From assembly GCA_951406725.2 (NCBI GenBank), contig OX597818.1, forward strand, positions 102,734,001 through 102,798,000: a stretch of 64,000 nt of DNA. Reading direction: 5' to 3'. Shown here piece after piece: positions 56,076 to 64,000 of this stretch (the first letter of the stretch is position 1; each line of letters starts with the position of its first letter). The position numbers were made by a program, and so were the translations under genes. The notes beneath the pieces were generated by a model. The model ran no database searches. It worked only from the letters and a program-made list of their open reading frames with translations, and was not told the DNA's origin. The stretch is from Octopus vulgaris. Taxonomy: Eukaryota.

Positions 56076-57440
56076 ATATTAGGATTTTGGAAAAGTTTGA
56101 AGAAACTTTAAATACGAAGATAAACGAAATCAGAACCAATCAAAGAAGAACTCTGCGCGAACATTCTACGAAACTATCCACGGTAATAATAACAACAACA
56201 ACAACTACTGTTATTGCTGCAACAACAACAACAGAAGCAGAAGAAATGGAAGCAAAAATAACGACTCCAATAATATACAATACTGGAAGTGCTCTAAAAT
56301 TCAGGCTAACGGCCAAACCCGAAATTGGACAGACGTCTGAAAGTGTGCGGGTTTGTGACTCTGTGTCTCTCTAAGTGTTTTCATGTGTTTAACTAAGCGT
56401 TTATCTGTATATGTGTCCGAGTAGATGTAAGTGCCCTAGTGTGTGGATTTGTGTAAATGTATGTGTGTGTGTGTGTGTGGCAATATATGTGTGTGTGTGT
56501 ATGTGTGTGTGAAAATAAACGTGTCACTATGTTTGAGTATGTGCCTAGTATCAGCGTGTGTACTTATATATCAGTGTGTCTGGCAATGCGTGTAGGTATG
56601 CGGTTTTTGTTGCTTTTTTTTTCTGTGAATAGGAGAAAGAAGGATGCTTTCATTGCAGACAGAGAGAACAATAACAACAAAATCACCAAACTCAGCAGCA
56701 GCAACAACAACAACAACAACAAAAGCAACTAAAATACCAATAACTAAAACTAACATCAACAACAACAAAAAATGAATCAAATATACAGCAAAAAAAAATT
56801 TCATTATTACTAAACATTAATGTTAAGAACGGTTTTGACTTCGACAAATAAAAATCTATTTTTGAGAAGTCCCACAACAAGAATAGATGAATAGAAAGAA
56901 AATTTAAAAAGTAAGTTTGAAAAAATTAAATTAAAAGACCGAAATAACATGTCGGCCTTCTAAAAGAAGGACATTACAGATGTGTTAAACGAAATTCCAA
57001 ATAGATGCCCGAGTAATTTATTTTATATTATGTATGTATATATTATGTATGTATTTGTGTGTGTGCATATGTATATATACTATACGTGTCTATATAGGAA
57101 TACACGCACACACACACGTTTATATATATATATGTGTGTGTATATATGTATGTATGTATGTGTATATATATATATGTGTGTATATATGTATGTATGTGTG
57201 TATGTATATATATTATACATGTCTATATAGGAATACCTACAGACGCATACGTCTATATATATGTGTGTGTGTATGTGTGTGTGTGTTCATTTATTTATAG
57301 AGATATATAGAGTTAGGCAAAGATATTTCTATGCAACCACTCAGATAAAAAAGTACATATATATACTGAGAGACAGTGTGTGAAAGTAAGGGAAAGAGAA
57401 ATGTATGTGTGTGTATATATATGTGTGTGTGTGTAAGGGA

Positions 57441-57824
57441 TGGAAGCACTCCGTCGGTTACGACGACGAGGGTTCCGGTTGATCCGAATCAACGGAACAG
57501 CCTGCTCGGGAAATTAACGTGTAAGTGGCTGAGCACTCCACAGACACGTGCACCCTTAACGTAGTTCTCGGGGATATTCAGCGTGACACAGAGAGTGACA
57601 AGGCCGGCCCCTTGAAATACAGGTACAACAGAAACAGGAAGTAAGAGTGAGAGAAAGTTGTGGTGAAAGAGTACAGTAGGGATCACCACCATCCCCTGCC
57701 GGAGCCTCGTGGAGCTTTTGGGTGTTTTCGCTCAATAAGCACTCACAACGCCCGGTCTGGAAATCGAAACCGCGATCCTATGACCGCGAGTCCGCTGCCC
57801 TAACCACTGGACCATTGCGCCTCC
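57441..57824 (-). mobile_element. SINE family C, tail variant 5
   Basis: Near-identical reverse complement of 52752-53133. Confidence 0.92.
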
Positions 57825-58006
57825 ACTGTATGTATATATGTATATGTATGTATATATGTATATATATATAAAATTCCAAATTTAAAATAAATAAGTATCC
57901 ATACACACTCATGCATACATTCATTCATATATATACAAACGTTCATGTATATATACATACACATACAAATAGACAGACGGAGAGATAGATAGACATAGAA
58001 ACACTA

Positions 58007-58021
58007 AGTTAGATAGATAGC

Positions 58022-58117
<96 letters not shown>
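58007..58117. repeat. (AGAT)n microsatellite
   Basis: Direct inspection. Confidence 0.97.
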
Positions 58118-58429
58118 AAGACATGGTTATTTATATTGATTGATTGATTGATTCCAGTTCCAGCCTATGAGCTGTGGCCATGCTGGGGCACCGCCATATG
58201 CCTATATGTACAAATTTCTGTATATCTCAGGTCGCTCTTGAATGTAAAGGATGTTACAAACTGTCTCTACACAGTGACCGCTATTAGGTGATGGCCATTT
58301 ATGCTCAGAATCTCAGGCAAGTTTCTCTCTAAGCCAAAGCAGATCTATTCAGGTACATCACCGCTTTCCCTATGCAAAAGAAGATGAGTTTAAAGTTGTT
58401 TGCCCATATATGTGGCTTTGCGGTACACC

Positions 58430-60330
58430 GGAGCTGTCTGGTCATTCACAACAAGAAATTAATCTTTGGTTCAGGGAAAGACAATACTTTCCACGATGAC
58501 GATTCCTACCTGTAACAGAATGCAACAATAATATCGGATGGTCTGCATTAATTTAGCATTGATATTTCTGCATTAAAGGGTATTTCTGAACTGGAGGATT
58601 TTGGTAAGAATAAACTTCCTTCTGGAACGAAACAGCACCACAAATGTGGAGCTTTGGCTTGCATTGGCTTCGCTGTCAAATCTCAACTTATGACGCATTG
58701 GTCTTCTCTTCCTTCTGGAGTCACAAATGATGCTTTCTCTTGAATGGGAAAGCAATACCTATTTCTTTACTACCCACAGAGATTATTTAGATGCCGGATT
58801 TAGATGTTACATTCCTATCATGTCTGCCTCAGATCAGGAGAAATACAAACTTCATGAGCAAATTAGAATACACAACGCGAGGATTTAATATGACAAAGTT
58901 GTTTTGTTAGAAGGCTTCAATACTCGAGTGGGTGCTAACCATCATGCATAACTTAATATTCACGGTTCACATAGAATGGAGTGAATGAACGTGTACATTT
59001 TCTTTAAATTTTCAAAGTACTGACTTTCCGATCCTCATCACTTTCTACTTGTACATAATGAACAGTAAAATTCTTTGGATGTTTGAATACATTATCATAA
59101 CACAGCGTGCTGAAAAGGACTTTTACATCAATTCGTACCTCAGTACTTTGTAGTCTTTAAGAGCGCCATCTTTTGTGTAGAAAAACTTCTTTCAGCATTA
59201 CTCGATAGATGCATATAACCAACTCTTCAATTCCAAAATACATCAAAGTTTTGCCAATAAAATCCAACCATATTAAGAAAGACTTATCTGATTGACTTGA
59301 AACATCTCTTGATTCGGTGTAGACAATCCAATATTTTGAGTCATCTTGGAAATTCCACAGAAAGATCATCTGCATTTTGTTACTGGTATTTGTTCTTGTC
59401 AGGATTGGTTTAACGGTGGCAACGAAAATGTTCAGAAGCTAATCAAAAATTGCATGGTTTACTTGAAGACTAGATCAACTATAAACACCCTATTATCAAA
59501 ACACCCGAATATCAAAAAAGCATGCTTACAAAGATTGCAAGAAACAGATACTAACTATACTCAAGAGGTTGAAGGAGTGTCGGAGGTCATTAGAAAGAAC
59601 GAACAAGAAGTACTGAAAAGCTTTCCATGAGGGTTTCAAGTAGGTTTCCGCTCTCTTAGAAGATGGTTCATCTCCTCTTTTTTGTTGGGCGGGATGAGGC
59701 TGTCATTCTATTAGTCGTAATTCTTTGATGGCCACAACATCATAGATGACAAAATTACTTCTCTTGATGAGAAAATATCCAAACGTATAGCCAAAACTGC
59801 GAATGCTTTCAGCAGTCTCTGTTCTCATCTATGGGCTGCACAGGGATTATCATGGGAAGTGAAAAATTAATATCTTCTAAGTTATAGTCTTTTCTTCTAT
59901 TCTGTGCCGAACGGTATCTTAAATGCCCTATCGATCACACATCCATTGGTTTCATCTTTTTTACCATTTATGGGCACAACCTGAATGCTAAAATTTTCAA
60001 TATTAACTTATTTTCTAATTGTAATATTAGTGGTTTTGAATCCTTTCTTTTGCACTCCAAATTAAAGATACATAGATTGGTTGTATCTATAGAATTCCAA
60101 AAGTACTAATGTATCGCCAACTCTGTAGAAAAACTATGGCTGAGAAATGAGGCCAAGTTCAAATCTAATCTGAAAGTGACAGAGATTCCCATAGAAACAT
60201 TTGAAAAACGTGTACTGAATCGCAATTAATGTAAGCTAACTTGCTATAAAGCCATACAAAAGCTATGAATTAAACCATCTAGCTCATCTTAGAGAATTGA
60301 GAGCAAAGATAAAGTCTCTATGTAACACAA
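58430..60330 (+). pseudogene. Highly decayed RTE-clade LINE
   Basis: DKVVLLEGFNTRVG (APE GDFNARVG-like) at ~58890-58935; SLDEKISKRIAKTANAFSSL...LW at ~59760-59835. Confidence 0.55.
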
Positions 60331-61494
60331 TAACTACGTTGCCTAACAATCTTCTCCTGTCTTGTGTTGAATCTGTCGACATATCTGTAAATTATTTGCT
60401 AGGTTAATGTCTAATAAGAGACATAGATATCAAAAAATAAAATGGCTGTTGGACACTCATACATCAAATTCGACAGGTTATCATTAACACACACACACAC
60501 ATATGTATGTGTGTGTACTCATATTCGTGAGGGTGTTGCTGTATATGTGTATATATATATATTACATATATATACATATATATACATATATACATATAGA
60601 TATATACACACATACACACACACACATATATACATATATGCATCGCAATGTATTAATGCTTGTATACCTATACGTGCATATGTACATGGATTGATATATG
60701 TACATATATATGTGTACACACACACACACGTAAAATACACACAGACATAAGCACACACACACACACACAAGCAACACGCACTCACACACACATACATATA
60801 TACGTTGTCTAATATTTACATATGCCTATAAATGTACTTTGCATACATCAACGCGCATATACATCCATTTCCATACAAACACAACATACAATTATATTTC
60901 TGTGTATGTGTGTGCATGTACAAGGTAATTTATGAGGATAACTATATCAGCAAAATCACATACAATTTAAATATAATTAACAGAAATATCAATTGATTAT
61001 TTTGTTTTTCAAAGTCATTCACTACATACCTGTGGCCTTTCCAATAATCTCATGAGATGGATTTTTCTTTTTTTTTTCCTCTCTGTTATTTCAATGTATT
61101 CACGTATGTGTAAATTTTGTGCTGTCGCAATTGTGTATGTATATATATATATATATATATACGTTTGCGTGTGTGTATGTGTACGTGTGTGTGTACGTGT
61201 TGTATCCAAGCAACTGTGAGTGGTATTTTGTTGTTTTTGCTCTTGTTTACAATGTATATCGACATAGTTGTCTATGTATACATAGCTGAGTAGATATATA
61301 TACATTTATATCCAAATATGTGTATATATATATGTGTGTATGTGTGCGTGTGTGAGTGTGTGTTGTGTGTGTATGTGATGTGTCTTTATGTGTGTGTGTA
61401 TGTGTGTATACATATATATGTGTATGTAAATATTTTTGTTTTCGTTTCTCATTGTGTTCAACGTTTTTTTTATGTCCTGCACCCCCATATATGC

Positions 61495-61531
<37 letters not shown>

Positions 61532-61569
61532 GGTATGTACATATATGTATGTATATATGCATATAAAGT

Positions 61570-61912
61570 TAATCCAAACATGAAAACACAAAGAGAAAAC
61601 ACAACAACGGGAGGACGTGGAACAAGTATAATGTTGTTGGACGCTCAGGAAGGGAAAGAAAGAAGGAGGATTTAACGTTTCGAGCGGAGCGCTTCGTCAG
61701 TAACATAGAAGAAAGAGAGATCCAAGGAGGAGAAGGTGTAGGTAAGAAAATCGCCAACGATACACACGTGGTCACATATTGAATGATCTTTTGTATTTTG
61801 GGACGAAAATAGCTAGTGGAAGTCCGGGGTGTTCGGACGATGAGGTTGGTGGCAGTGGGGGGGAGAACAGAAGAGGAGATGAGGTCATGGATGGTTGAGG
61901 ACACTCGCTGTT
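61570..61912 (-). mobile_element. Internally deleted Penelope-like element: RT fragment joined to family D pLTR with HHR (61670-61704)
   Basis: LPPTATNLIVRTPRTSTSYFRPKIQK (PLE YxLPKIHK motif); CUGACGA-A-GCGC(UCC)GCUC-GAAA-CG-UU. Confidence 0.75.
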
Positions 61913-61928
61913 GGTAGGAGGAGGTTAT

Positions 61929-62001
61929 TATTTATATTATCATATGATCGAACGCCATGCATCCTTTTCCAAGTAAGTTTTATCTATACATACACACATA
62001 C

Positions 62002-62098
<97 letters not shown>

Positions 62099-62104
62099 TG
62101 TATG

Positions 62105-62138
<34 letters not shown>

Positions 62139-62222
62139 TAGATATATAGATATATGCATGTATGTATAGATAAAACACTTGGAAAAGGATGCGTGACGTT
62201 CGATCATATAATAATATAAATA
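61929..62222. repeat. ~65-bp inverted repeats enclosing (TA)n/(TATG)n
   Basis: atgatcgaacgccatgcatccttttccaagt / acttggaaaaggatgcgtgacgttcgatcat. Confidence 0.85.
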
Positions 62223-62880
62223 CTACATGTATGTATGTATTATGTATATGTATATAACTTTGATAGGTTTCGGCCAGTATAGGTCCAGGCCGTGTATGGT
62301 TTTCCTGTTGCTTTTTATATTTTTATTCTCCCAACTGAATAGATATCAAAACTTACAGTCTTTTCGCTTCCATAACCATATCTTTTTATGATCAATCTTT
62401 GCTATCTATACAGGTACCATGCGCTCGCGCAAACATCCGCCCTTCTACAGATATAACTATTCATACACTGATTTTACTGTCGTGCACAAGGGCTTGCACA
62501 CACCAGAACCACATCTGTACATATGCCCTCTCCTCCGCGCATGTATAAAGGTACCGACGTTATATAACATGTTCAAACTGTATGTGTATTTGTGTGTGTG
62601 TGCGTGTACTCATGTATGTATATATGTGTGCGTGTGTTACTAGCTCGTAGTTAAATTGTTTATCGTACTAGATTATTTTACAATGCCTTAATTACGAACT
62701 GAAGTCAATATTTTTTGCTGAAACACGGCGACTAGACGCTTAGCGGCATTTCGTCCGTCTTCATGTTCTGAGTTCTAATTTCGTCCTGTTTGATTTTGAC
62801 TTTCATCCTTCTTGTGTTAGTGAAATAAGTAGCGGTTGGACATTTGTATCCGTGTAATCGACTTGCCCAATATTTGAAAC

Positions 62881-63046
62881 CTGTGTGGTAAGTAGCTTGC
62901 TTACGAACCACATGGTTCCGGGTTCAATCCCACTGCGTGGCACCTTGGGCAAGTGTCTTCAACTGTAGCCTCGGGCCGAGCAAAGCCTTGCGAGTGGATT
63001 TGGCAGACGGAAACAGAAAGAAGCCCGTTACATATATGTATGCATG

Positions 63047-63080
<34 letters not shown>

Positions 63081-63285
63081 CATGCATACATATATGTAAC
63101 GGGCTTCTTTCTGTTTCCATCTGCCAAATCCACTCGCATACATATATATATATGCATGTATGTATGTATGTATGTATGTATGTATGTATGTATGTATGTA
63201 TGTATGTATGTATGTATGTATGTATGTATGTATGTATGTGTGTATGTATATGCATGTGTGTCCCAACATCGCTTGACAACCGATG
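62881..63285 (+). mobile_element. SINE family B with internal fold-back duplication
   Basis: Head 62881-63040, palindrome 62990-63137, body resumes at ~63255. Confidence 0.85.
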
Positions 63286-63386
63286 ATGCCGAGGTGGAAA
63301 TCCAAACCGAAGAGATGGTGGTGTGGATTTCCACTGCTACCGAATAATTGTCACATATTATTTTACATATATATATATATATATAT

Positions 63387-63550
63387 ATACGACGGGCTTC
63401 TTTCAGTCTCCGTCTACCAAATCCAAACACAAGGCTTTGGTTGGCCCGAGGCTATAGTAGAAGACACTTGCCTAAGGTGCCGCGCAATGGAACTGAACCC
63501 GGAATGTGGTTCGTAAGGAATCTACTTACTACACAGCCACTACAACGCCT
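63387..63550 (-). mobile_element. SINE family B 5' half
   Basis: Reverse complement of the head and CORE-like region. Confidence 0.85.
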
Positions 63551-64000
63551 ATTTTTGTTCCCATATATGAAACCTACTCCATTTACACTTTTTCTGACAA
63601 TAGACACCAGTCTTTTTTTTTCTTTTGCATTCCCTATACACTCTAATTCATTCTATTGGATAAATCCAGAGAAACGAATGCAGTTGTTGAAATCTTGTGC
63701 AGGCTTTTTGGGTTCGTAGAACTGACAGATTTGATAAATATTTCTCATCAATCTTACAACGTAATATCAGGATGCTTATTTTCATGTTCTCTGAATCCAA
63801 AGCTCCAGTATATCATATATTATAATGGCCATAAGTTTTGCGTAATGTGAATGCATATTTAGTTTCCCGATAATTTCTTGCCAGGCTGCAACAATGGGTT
63901 TCAAATGTACGATCTCAGAGCTACTATCTTGCAAAACAAATTCAAAATGAAATATCGTTGGCTTTAACCAGGCTAGAAAAACGATAAAAAGGGATACTTT

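Overview
AT-rich, microsatellite-dense animal genomic DNA, most likely a coleoid cephalopod (Octopus-type SINE repertoire; inferred, not verified). No intact host protein-coding gene is visible. Almost all listed ORFs are translations of (TA)n/(CA)n/(AAT)n/(GGT)n repeats. The window is a graveyard of mobile DNA: three abundant tRNA-derived SINE families (here called A, B, C), decayed LINEs (CR1, L1/Tx1-like, R4/Dong-like, RTE), Penelope-like elements (PLEs) and mariner remnants. The most notable hidden signal is about ten minimal type-I hammerhead ribozyme (HHR) motifs with palindromic helix III, from about eight unrelated repeat families. Most lie beside (TA)n tracts and several sit in long palindromes. 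One family joins a Pol III tRNA head to an HHR-bearing PLE-type tail, i.e. a candidate Penelope-mobilised 'ribozyme SINE'. Also visible: one SINE head carrying five different 3' tails, two SINE/LINE tail pairings readable inside the window, and inverted duplications centred on TA microsatellites. All calls were made by eye; boundaries are approximate unless a TSD is quoted.
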